This document shows positions 43,036 through 51,257 of a stretch of 64,000 bases of DNA, one piece after another; within the stretch, counting starts at the first letter, position 1, and every line of letters begins with the position of its first letter. The position numbers and the translations under genes are program-made. The notes below the pieces were generated by a model that did not search any database, was not told the DNA's origin, and was given only the letters and a program-made list of their open reading frames with translations. This DNA comes from an uncultured Porphyromonadaceae bacterium. Lineage in GTDB: Bacteria > Bacteroidota > Bacteroidia > Bacteroidales > Muribaculaceae. The stretch covers positions 96,835 through 160,834 of the forward strand of contig CAMWNP010000002.1 of assembly GCA_947175645.1 (NCBI GenBank). The letters are read 5' to 3'.

Positions 43036-44466
43036 TCAAATGCCCTCGGAGGCCGAAAATTCAAGGCACAGGGGGAAACCACAACCCGCAAGCGTAATCG
43101 AACACCGATAACTCGTATCCGCACAGCGGACACCCGAATTCTCCGCACCATGCGCAGTAGCAGCAGAGAGGAGCTGTCTCCAGCCCTCCTCGTTGTTATC
43201 ATCTGTAGCAGGGTAAGAGTGCCACCAGTAATCGCCGTAGTTTTTATTGGCAGCTCCACCTACAACGCTGTTGGGGAAAGTCCAGCCATTAGCATACCCC
43301 ATTTCGGAGATATAGCCAGCGTTTACAGGCACGGCTCCCAGCTCCTCATAACCTGCCAGCGTGCGCACTCGGTCATTGGCAGGGTTGGCAAACTGGGCAG
43401 GGTCATTGCAAAGGAAAATAAGGCCATCGCCTCCGTCACTGGGCTTGCTGTACCATACGCGCACATCATCGTTATGCTCCCACATATACCTTTGCGGAGC
43501 CTCCCAGCCACGGTAACTGGCCACCTGTACCACTTTATCCACGCCTGTTTTCCAGTTCTTAATGGTATAGTCCACCACGCCAGTATTGTTGCCCAGCTTG
43601 GCAGTTACGCCACAAGGGATAAATGGATAGTAGCCGTTATATGTGTTCCACTCGGTACCATTTACCAGTGTGCCCATACCCAGCCCACCCTGCGCAAAAC
43701 CATCTTCTGTTTTGGCAGAGTTAAATGCAGTATCGCTGCTCAAATCGCCAAACTCAATGGCCATGAGCCAGCTCATTTCTTCGCGGAAATGCCAGCCTCC
43801 AAAGTGCCACATGGCACCCAGCGAGCGGCAGCGTGTGCGGAACGTGGCCATGTTGGCACTGGCACTACTCATGGGCATACCCTGCACAGAGCGGTAGGTG
43901 CCATCCCATGCCGTTTGGTTGTTGCCCCCTCGGTACTCGGCAGCATTACTGGTAAGCTCCAGCAAGCCGTTGGCATCACGCTTGAGTGAGCCGTCTGCAT
44001 TCCACTGGAGGAAAGAGGCACAGGTGGGCAGGTTGGTTGTACGGTTACAGGTAGCGAGCCATGGGGAGCGCGACCGCTCTTTCATGTGGATAAATCCAGG
44101 CAGTGGCACCTCGCTAATGGCTACCAGCATATAATCGCCATCAAACTCAATGCGGCGGTAATAGTCGGGCTTGTAGAGCTGCACAATGCCGTCAAGGGCA
44201 TTAAGGCGAGCCGCACCGCCTCCCTCCTTGAGGGTGCTGTCGTTGGCTCCCAGCCAGTAATTAACACTGCCATCGGCATTGGCTATGTAACGCCGTATGC
44301 GCTTTTGTATGGGCAGCGAGCGGTGCAGGTCAAGGTTGCCCACGCGCTCCAGCTTGCCATCAGCTACGCAATGCCCTCCGTTCTTGAGGTTAATGCGTAT
44401 GCCATACCACGAATCTTTGTAGGGGAATTGTGGCACGGTGTTTCCTATTCCTATAAGTGTACCCAT
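43036..44466 (-). CDS. DGR target protein 1: tail-fibre / receptor-binding-like protein (476 aa) with C-terminal VR1
   Basis: Last gene of the tail module. Residues 431-466 match the TR sequence with adenine-site substitutions. Confidence 0.85.
   Translation of the reverse strand: MGTLIGIGNTVPQFPYKDSWYGIRINLKNGGHCVADGKLERVGNLDLHRSLPIQKRIRRYIANADGSVNYWLGANDSTLKEGGGAARLNALDGIVQLYKPDYYRRIEFDGDYMLVAISEVPLPGFIHMKERSRSPWLATCNRTTNLPTCASFLQWNADGSLKRDANGLLELTSNAAEYRGGNNQTAWDGTYRSVQGMPMSSASANMATFRTRCRSLGAMWHFGGWHFREEMSWLMAIEFGDLSSDTAFNSAKTEDGFAQGGLGMGTLVNGTEWNTYNGYYPFIPCGVTAKLGNNTGVVDYTIKNWKTGVDKVVQVASYRGWEAPQRYMWEHNDDVRVWYSKPSDGGDGLIFLCNDPAQFANPANDRVRTLAGYEELGAVPVNAGYISEMGYANGWTFPNSVVGGAANKNYGDYWWHSYPATDDNNEEGWRQLLSAATAHGAENSGVRCADTSYRCSITLAGCGFPLCLEFSASEGI
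43071..43176 (-). repeat. DGR variable repeat 1 (VR1)
   Basis: 13 differences from the TR over 106 nt. All are at positions where the TR has A on the coding strand. Confidence 0.9.
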
Positions 44467-44467
44467 G

Positions 44468-44809
44468 TTATTTGGTATTTACAATTAGTTGTGCTGCGCT
44501 ACCTGCACCCCAGTAAATATCGTAGCTGTTAAGCAGCTCCTCACTGGGGGCTATTTCAACAATGCAAAGCTCTACCCAGCCATAAAGAGTTACAGGCACC
44601 TCGCTAAACTCCTCCTCGGCATAGAGCTTGCAGTTAAGCAATACATCACGCTCCATGGTGGAGAGAGTTTTGGGGCGTACATAGACTGAAAAGGGCTTGC
44701 TCTCCTTGAGCCTAAAGCCATTGGAGAGGCTGCTGATTTTGCCCTTGGAAACGATACGGCCTGCGCTCATTTCGGGGCTGATATAGTTATTGTTATACTT
44801 GTTGCTCAT
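44468..44809 (-). CDS. Hypothetical protein (113 aa) upstream of DGR target 1
   Basis: ATG start. Its stop lies 1 nt before the target gene's ATG. Confidence 0.5.
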   Translation of the reverse strand: MSNKYNNNYISPEMSAGRIVSKGKISSLSNGFRLKESKPFSVYVRPKTLSTMERDVLLNCKLYAEEEFSEVPVTLYGWVELCIVEIAPSEELLNSYDIYWGAGSAAQLIVNTK

Positions 44810-44842
44810 TGTATAGTCGTTAAAAACAGGCTCAAAAGTAAC

Positions 44843-44869
44843 TAAAGCGTACCATATAAGTACGCTTTA
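44843..44869. repeat. Conserved intergenic palindrome TAAAGCGTAC-N7-GTACGCTTTA (family copy 2)
   Basis: Perfect 10-bp arms, followed by TTTGAAAGT at 44882..44890, as in the copy at 19302..19346. Confidence 0.5.
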
Positions 44870-44906
44870 GCTGTCCTAACTTTTGAAAGTGAGGCCATTT
44901 TGGTTA

Positions 44907-47900
44907 CTAACCCCAGTTATTCCACTCCTGTGTGTTATTAATCATAAACATAAAGCTCCCATCGTTAGAGGTCGCATCGTCACTCAAACCAACCTCAAAA
45001 TAAGAGCTTTGTTTGTTGAGTAGAGAGGCTTTTATGTAGGCGGTGCTTTTAGCGGTATTCTCGCCATAACTCCAACCTGTACCCTGTAGCCACACCATGT
45101 AATCATCCTTGCTGGAGAACCAACTGGAGGGGAACGAAACCTTGTAGCGGCCTTGTGATACTCGGCTAACCGTTAGCTTGGAGCCATCAACCGTCATGCT
45201 CTGTATTGTTGCACTGCTGCTGGTACCTGTTACGGAGCCTGTGGCTAATACCTTAAATGTGGAGCCATACATTCTATCAGTATATGCATCAATGCAGTTA
45301 AGCACAATCCAACCATAAAAGGTGTTACCTGTGCCGTAGCCTACAAGCTCCACAACCTGCCTGTTAAGTACCAGTTTGCTCTTACGCACGCCATCAATAT
45401 AAAAATACTTGCCGCTCGGCGCATCTATTCCTACTTCGCCACGCGATATTGAGCCATTCCAGTAAAAATTAGCAATTAACAGGCGGCGGCCTATTTGCTC
45501 GGCATCCCATGGGAGGCTGAAAGCAGCAGTCCAACCCTCACTGGTGGAGTACATGGCAACATTATCGTTGTACTTGGTATCAAAACTCCCCGACACAAGG
45601 GTAAATTTATTGCGCATGGAGCCTTGTATTAGCACATCCTTAAACGTGCCGCTGGTGGCATTGATAACGCCTGTAATCTCCGCATCCTTGGCCTTAAACT
45701 TACCATTGTGGTAAATTATGGTCATACCAGCTTTTGTGCCAGCCAGTGCCTCCGCATAGGTACCACCGAAATATGCAGCAATCTCATCGCGGTTGTTATA
45801 CATGGCTTTCAAGCCAGCACTCTCAACCCACTCACCGCTCTGCTGGAGTGCGCCCAGCTTAAAGAACGTGGAGAGTATAAGGCCGCCCTCAATTTGGGTG
45901 TAGTTCTCGGTTATTGCCTTGAGTAAATCCTTGCTGGCAGCTATCTGCGCATTAATCTCTTGGCTGCTCTCATTCCATTCGGGTGCCTTGTTGCCCTCTA
46001 CCAGTACAAACTTGGTAAAGTAGCAATAGCTAAAGGTTGCGGCGGTAGTTATGTAGAGGCGAGAGTTTACACTGCTCAAATTGTTGGCCGTAAAGGTATA
46101 GCTTACACGTTGCCATTTGGTTGTGGCTGTAAAGTCCTTGAGAGCGGCCACTACATTGCCGCCATTGCCATCCATTATGCCAACGCGCAAAGTAACGGTG
46201 CCACTGGCCTTAACCCAAAATGCCACGGTGTAGGTTACGCCATTTACAAACTTACCTTGAGGCAGGAGTATGTTGCCGCCTGCGGCTTTCATGCCTGTAC
46301 CAAAGTACCACCAGCCAGTAGCATTTGACTTGGTTACTCTCAATACTTTGCCCATGGTAGCCTCGGAGAAAAGCGATAAGGTTCCAGTTTGGCCAGCACT
46401 GCTGTTTACGCTCAAACTCCAGCCTGTGCTTTCCTCAAAAAATGCGCCATTGCCTATGTAGTTGCCACCACCCATTTCAATGCTATCAACATAGCCCTTA
46501 CTTATAGCATCAAGCAGGTTGGTGCGCTCGGTGTAGTAGGCATTGAAATTGGCATTGTAGGTGGTTTTATCAACCGTGCTGTTGCTGCTCATGCTGGCCA
46601 ATATGTTGTTGGTATAAGCCAACAGAGTGCTATAGGCTGCATCAAAAGAGGTGGTGCTGATGCTTGCTAACTGGGCACGCGCCTTAACGGTTGAATAGTC
46701 CACTTTAATATTGGCCATCTCATCCTTGAGAGTTATTTTTTCAGCAGGTGTAATAATGCTGTCGCTGGCCAAATCGGTAAGCTGCTGGAGTGCTTTGTTT
46801 GCCTGCGTATCATCGGTGTAACCTGCATCTTTCCACTCACTTGCAACGTAGCGTGTGCCGCTGGTGTTCTCTCGGCTCTTTATACAGATTTTGAATTTGT
46901 AGCTATCCAATGTTACCCACAAATCGCCCTCCTTGTATGGGCTTTGCGGAGTGCTGGCAGAGTTGGCAGTAACAAATACATGGTTTTTACTGCCTGCCAA
47001 ATTGAGGGCGTTATTGGCAGCTAATATGGCTTGGCCTACGCCTGTACTCGGCACCTCCTGCCAGCTATACACCCATTGGCGCACTAATTGGCCATTAACA
47101 ATAGAGGAGCGGCCAATACGGCTGTATCGGTACTCAAGGCCAGTATTGGTATCAGTATAGACATCGCCTAAATGAGCGGTGCGTGTGTCCTCATCAGTCC
47201 ACTGGTTTGCAGGTGCATTTGATAATGTTGGCGGCTCCGTGCCAAACCAATACTCAACGGCTCCGTCTATTTGGTCTTGCATACTGGCCAGCAACTCGCT
47301 CAACCCTGTAATTTCATCGTTTGTAGAGTTGATTTGCTGCTCCAGCTCGTTTATACTCATCAACTCGCCACTGGTGGAGCGGAATTTAATGCGGCCTCCA
47401 ATCTCTCCATTATCAAGGTCAAAGTATGTGCTTTTGTCTATACTCTCAATGCGGCCACAATTTATGCAGCGGCCTGTAATGCGTGTAGCTCCGTATGTTG
47501 TTGTTACCTCCCTGTAGCCATTGTAAACGGAGGAGAGAACACCTACAGGAAAATAGTAGTTGGTGCCAACCTCGGTGGCATATTTGGTGGCAGAGATAAT
47601 AAAGGAGCCAGTGGTGCCAGCCTTGGGGCACACAGCATAAATATAGAGGGCGGCACTGGTGTTGAGTGTTACCTGTAGGCCATTCATAGCCCATGTGCGG
47701 TCAGTTTCCTCAATGGCATAGTGTATGAGCTGGCCGCTGGCAGAGGTTATGCGTATGTAGTTGGGGTTAGGTTTTCCACTTACGGCAGCATTGGCCTCAA
47801 TGAAGATATTGCGGAGGACAAACTGGCCTGCACGGTTGCCAACACTCAACATGAGCGTTTCAATGGAGCTGGGGCGTATGTTGGTGGGGTCAAAATAACC

Positions 47901-49487
47901 ATCGCCATCAAACACCATGCCCAGCAACTCCTGTGTAGTACGCCAGTTGGCTCTTGCTCTCGCAACATTGGTAAGGTCGTTTAGTACCACAATGCGGCCT
48001 AACTCGGCATTATCCTCCAAAAGCTGCTGGATAATACTAACCTCTACCGTATCACTCAAGGTTACTTTATACTTGTATGGGTCGGCATAGCAATCGCGTG
48101 TAAAGCCCTTAATGCGTATGGCTTTATCCACGTTAATATCCGTGTCTTTTATGGGTAGGTAATCGCCCACATTAAACAGGTTTACAATGCCAGCCTCGCT
48201 GCCAAACTTACGCTTTAGCTCCAGCGAAGAAAGCTCAAGCTCATACTCAACCTTGGGCTGGCTATCCTGTGCTAAATCCTTTTCTCCAGCAGCTTTTAAC
48301 TCGGCCTCTGCATCTACTACATAGGGGTCGTTAGGCATAACAATATCGAGCAGCACATACTCTGCATTTTTCTCAATAGTGTATGCTCGGCCATCGGGTA
48401 TTTTAAGCCCTCGGCTATCCTCGTACAGGTTGAGAGTAAATGTTTTGGTTGCAGAGTCAAATTTGGCTACCTCAAACTGGTAGCCCGACAGGTTGCAGTT
48501 GCCTACAAATTTAACCTTGGCACAAGTGCCCTCCATGAGCCAGCGAGTTTGCCCACTCTCATCTTTCTCATTTAGGTCAAACATGGTATTATCCACAAAC
48601 TTGAGGCCATCGCCAGCTACCAGTGAGGTAACTTTGCCTGTACGGTGTGGGTAAATATCTTCGTATGTGCGGCTGCCCTCCTTAATACCAAAGGCGGCTA
48701 CAGCGGCACGGTTCTCGATGTAGCTTTCCTCATTATCTCCAATGCGGAGCCTCAAAGCACCGTTGCGATACTTACTGGTAATATTGCGCGTGCTACCCTC
48801 AAGGTACAGGCGAGTAATAATGTTGTTGCTGTTTACATTCTTGCGTGTGAGCTTATACACACCGCCGCCTCGGCCAAAGGTAAATGAGGCTGGAAAGAGC
48901 CGCCCCACTTTGCGGATATGGAGCCTAAAACGCTTGGTGGTTAATGCCTCAATCTCAAACTCCAGTTTGTTATCCTTACATACACGCTGCAATACCTCAA
49001 GGCAATTTTCATTACTGAAAGAATATTCTTTGTGTTCGGTTTCGGGGCACTCTCCCAGCTCCCACATCTCATTTAGAGAAATGGCCACACGGTTTATATT
49101 GCTAATGAGCAGTCGCATGAGGAGCCGCATATTGGCTACAATGGGAAACTCGGCACTGGGGTTGTGGCCAGCAGCGTCAGCATTACGGTACTGGGCATCT
49201 ATGAGCTTGTACTGCAAGCCCTCAAATACCATGGTGTTCTCAAATTTACGCTCGCTGATTTTGGTAGGCTCATTTACTTTATTGAGAGTGTATTTGCTAC
49301 CGTAAATCTCAATATAATCGCCCACCACCAGCTCCAACGGCTCCGCGCTGGAGGTCTTTATTGTTACCGTGTCCTCTCCCAGCAGCTCACGCTTTTGCTC
49401 TGCACTTTTTACGGTGCAGAGCTTTGCAAAGCTGTCAAGTCGGTAGCGCACGGTGCCATTGCGCTTGTAAATTACAATTTCTGCCAT
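44907..49487 (-). CDS. Tal-like tail tip / host-specificity protein (1,526 aa)
   Basis: Position after the Dit-like gene. The N-terminus resembles the siphovirus tail-tip (prophage tail endopeptidase) family. The C-terminal region looks like a carbohydrate-binding beta-sandwich. Confidence 0.55.
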   Translation of the reverse strand: MAEIVIYKRNGTVRYRLDSFAKLCTVKSAEQKRELLGEDTVTIKTSSAEPLELVVGDYIEIYGSKYTLNKVNEPTKISERKFENTMVFEGLQYKLIDAQYRNADAAGHNPSAEFPIVANMRLLMRLLISNINRVAISLNEMWELGECPETEHKEYSFSNENCLEVLQRVCKDNKLEFEIEALTTKRFRLHIRKVGRLFPASFTFGRGGGVYKLTRKNVNSNNIITRLYLEGSTRNITSKYRNGALRLRIGDNEESYIENRAAVAAFGIKEGSRTYEDIYPHRTGKVTSLVAGDGLKFVDNTMFDLNEKDESGQTRWLMEGTCAKVKFVGNCNLSGYQFEVAKFDSATKTFTLNLYEDSRGLKIPDGRAYTIEKNAEYVLLDIVMPNDPYVVDAEAELKAAGEKDLAQDSQPKVEYELELSSLELKRKFGSEAGIVNLFNVGDYLPIKDTDINVDKAIRIKGFTRDCYADPYKYKVTLSDTVEVSIIQQLLEDNAELGRIVVLNDLTNVARARANWRTTQELLGMVFDGDGYFDPTNIRPSSIETLMLSVGNRAGQFVLRNIFIEANAAVSGKPNPNYIRITSASGQLIHYAIEETDRTWAMNGLQVTLNTSAALYIYAVCPKAGTTGSFIISATKYATEVGTNYYFPVGVLSSVYNGYREVTTTYGATRITGRCINCGRIESIDKSTYFDLDNGEIGGRIKFRSTSGELMSINELEQQINSTNDEITGLSELLASMQDQIDGAVEYWFGTEPPTLSNAPANQWTDEDTRTAHLGDVYTDTNTGLEYRYSRIGRSSIVNGQLVRQWVYSWQEVPSTGVGQAILAANNALNLAGSKNHVFVTANSASTPQSPYKEGDLWVTLDSYKFKICIKSRENTSGTRYVASEWKDAGYTDDTQANKALQQLTDLASDSIITPAEKITLKDEMANIKVDYSTVKARAQLASISTTSFDAAYSTLLAYTNNILASMSSNSTVDKTTYNANFNAYYTERTNLLDAISKGYVDSIEMGGGNYIGNGAFFEESTGWSLSVNSSAGQTGTLSLFSEATMGKVLRVTKSNATGWWYFGTGMKAAGGNILLPQGKFVNGVTYTVAFWVKASGTVTLRVGIMDGNGGNVVAALKDFTATTKWQRVSYTFTANNLSSVNSRLYITTAATFSYCYFTKFVLVEGNKAPEWNESSQEINAQIAASKDLLKAITENYTQIEGGLILSTFFKLGALQQSGEWVESAGLKAMYNNRDEIAAYFGGTYAEALAGTKAGMTIIYHNGKFKAKDAEITGVINATSGTFKDVLIQGSMRNKFTLVSGSFDTKYNDNVAMYSTSEGWTAAFSLPWDAEQIGRRLLIANFYWNGSISRGEVGIDAPSGKYFYIDGVRKSKLVLNRQVVELVGYGTGNTFYGWIVLNCIDAYTDRMYGSTFKVLATGSVTGTSSSATIQSMTVDGSKLTVSRVSQGRYKVSFPSSWFSSKDDYMVWLQGTGWSYGENTAKSTAYIKASLLNKQSSYFEVGLSDDATSNDGSFMFMINNTQEWNNWG

Positions 49488-50722
49488 ACAATAATTGCAT
49501 TGGTGCTAAATGCCTCAATCTCCTCAATTACGCCAGTAATAACTGCGTAATACTCGCCATTGTCGGTATAGTCATGTGTTACGGTTACATTGGTGCCGCA
49601 TACGTCTTGGGTAGTTGTACCATCGCCCCAGTATATGTTTACCAGCTTGGTAGTGGTAATGGTTATGCTAATGCGCTTGGTGGCCTCGCTGGTTTTCATG
49701 TGCTTTAGCACTCGCTTTACTGGTTCGGGTTCGCGCAAAGAGAGTGTAAACGTGCCAATCATGCGCTTGTCGTTCCACTCCTTGTCTATGTTGGTTGCAT
49801 CGGGCAGGTAAACCTCATAAATGAGGGGTTTGGTGGGGTGTATATCTACCGTCAAGCGGTGCAGCCCTGCGGCACATGGCTCTGCATTTACAATGGAGCT
49901 GGCCGCCTTGTGCTTGGCATGGAACTGGGCGATAAATTCCTGTGCCGCCTGCACAAAGGCCATTTTACCACCTGCGCTGTCAATAAAGCACTCCAGCGTT
50001 ATCTCCCTTGCCTCAAAGCGTGGCCGTGTAAGGTCAATGGCCTCGCCATGATAGCCATCAAACTCAACCTTTAAGGGGTCTTTCATCTTGAGGCCATCCA
50101 TGAGGCCACGGCATTTGCTGACAAATACGCCGTAGGTCTTGAAATCTATGCCATCAAGCAGGTATGCAAGCTGCTTGGTATTATCCAGCTCTCCCATAAG
50201 CTCCTCCTGTGTGAGGGCTTTTTGGTACAGCTTCAGCTCATCAACGCAACCATGCCCCAGCTCTGTGTTATAGCAATCTTGGCATACATTTATGCCAATG
50301 GGGTTGCCATAACTGGTGGGTACGGTTGCACGCTCCAGCAGTGAGCCATTGAGGTACACACACAGCACCGTGCCATCGCGTGTGAGCGTAACATAATACC
50401 ATGTGTTAGGCTGGAGATTAACGACACACTTGTAGTAGTGGTCAATGCCGCTGTAATTAACCAGCACTATGAGGTTGTCGCTTACCTCATGGAGCTTAAC
50501 CCATGCGCACAGGGTAAATGAGCCATTGAGGTTAAGCACACTGGGTGACACCTCGCATTTGGCGGTGCCATCGTAGTTAATGCAGTTGCCCTGCTTGCCT
50601 GCCTCAAAATGGGCATTGGTAAGCACGCCATCTGCGCGGTTGGAGCTGAAATCGTATGTGGTTACGGCTCCCTCTGCCTCATCAAAGGGCAGGTGTAAGA
50701 CTAAATATTGTTCCTGTGCCAT
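49472..50722 (-). CDS. Distal tail (Dit-like) protein with an N-terminal LamG/ConA-like domain (416 aa)
   Basis: LamG-type pattern (FTLCAWVKL...WYYVTLTRDG...LYLNG...VDELKLYQKALTQEE). The middle region resembles the siphovirus tail family. Confidence 0.5.
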   Translation of the reverse strand: MAQEQYLVLHLPFDEAEGAVTTYDFSSNRADGVLTNAHFEAGKQGNCINYDGTAKCEVSPSVLNLNGSFTLCAWVKLHEVSDNLIVLVNYSGIDHYYKCVVNLQPNTWYYVTLTRDGTVLCVYLNGSLLERATVPTSYGNPIGINVCQDCYNTELGHGCVDELKLYQKALTQEELMGELDNTKQLAYLLDGIDFKTYGVFVSKCRGLMDGLKMKDPLKVEFDGYHGEAIDLTRPRFEAREITLECFIDSAGGKMAFVQAAQEFIAQFHAKHKAASSIVNAEPCAAGLHRLTVDIHPTKPLIYEVYLPDATNIDKEWNDKRMIGTFTLSLREPEPVKRVLKHMKTSEATKRISITITTTKLVNIYWGDGTTTQDVCGTNVTVTHDYTDNGEYYAVITGVIEEIEAFSTNAIIVWQKL

Positions 50723-50728
50723 ACTGGG

Positions 50729-51244
50729 TTATTTATAAGTTTCTGTATCATGGAGCGTACAGGTGGCACACTCGGCATGGCCACTTACCTGTACCTTACT
50801 ATTGCCATACTGGTTTATGTAAACCTTTGCATCGGGGCTGGCAATAACCACCTCCACGCTGGAGTTTTCAAAGCAATCAATATGCAGGCGGCTGTGCCCT
50901 GTAGCAATAACTTTGAGCTTGCTATTGTGGCGAACCCAGCACAGGTGTATATTGTACTGGGAGCAGGTAATTGAGGCATCGCAATCGCCTACAAATGCGT
51001 TGCGCCGTAACGGCTCCACCTCGCCCACGGTATCAATAAAGCCGCCATACTTTGCTGCCTCTACACCCATATAGGAGCGCATAAAAGCTATGTCGGGAAA
51101 ATCCTTTTTTACACACTCCTTTATGTAGTAAAAATAAGCCTCCACAAGCCTGCTGGTATGGTTGCGGCTGTTATGTACTCGGCTCAAGCTCTCAACACAA
51201 TGGCCATGCGCCATGAGCTGCTGTAAATGCTTTAATCGTTCCAT
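50729..51244 (-). CDS. Hypothetical tail-associated protein (171 aa from the ATG; the track ORF starts at a TTG at 51265)
   Basis: ATG at 51244, just after the tape measure stop. Confidence 0.45.
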   Translation of the reverse strand: MERLKHLQQLMAHGHCVESLSRVHNSRNHTSRLVEAYFYYIKECVKKDFPDIAFMRSYMGVEAAKYGGFIDTVGEVEPLRRNAFVGDCDASITCSQYNIHLCWVRHNSKLKVIATGHSRLHIDCFENSSVEVVIASPDAKVYINQYGNSKVQVSGHAECATCTLHDTETYK

Positions 51245-51257
51245 ACGCTCTACTGGG

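Noticed and set aside
43020-43259. Alternative-frame ORFs sharing the VSAVR(I/V)RVIGVR peptide here and at 29967..30323
   Set aside because: Both are out-of-frame shadows of VR1 and VR2. Their similarity simply reflects the DGR repeat.
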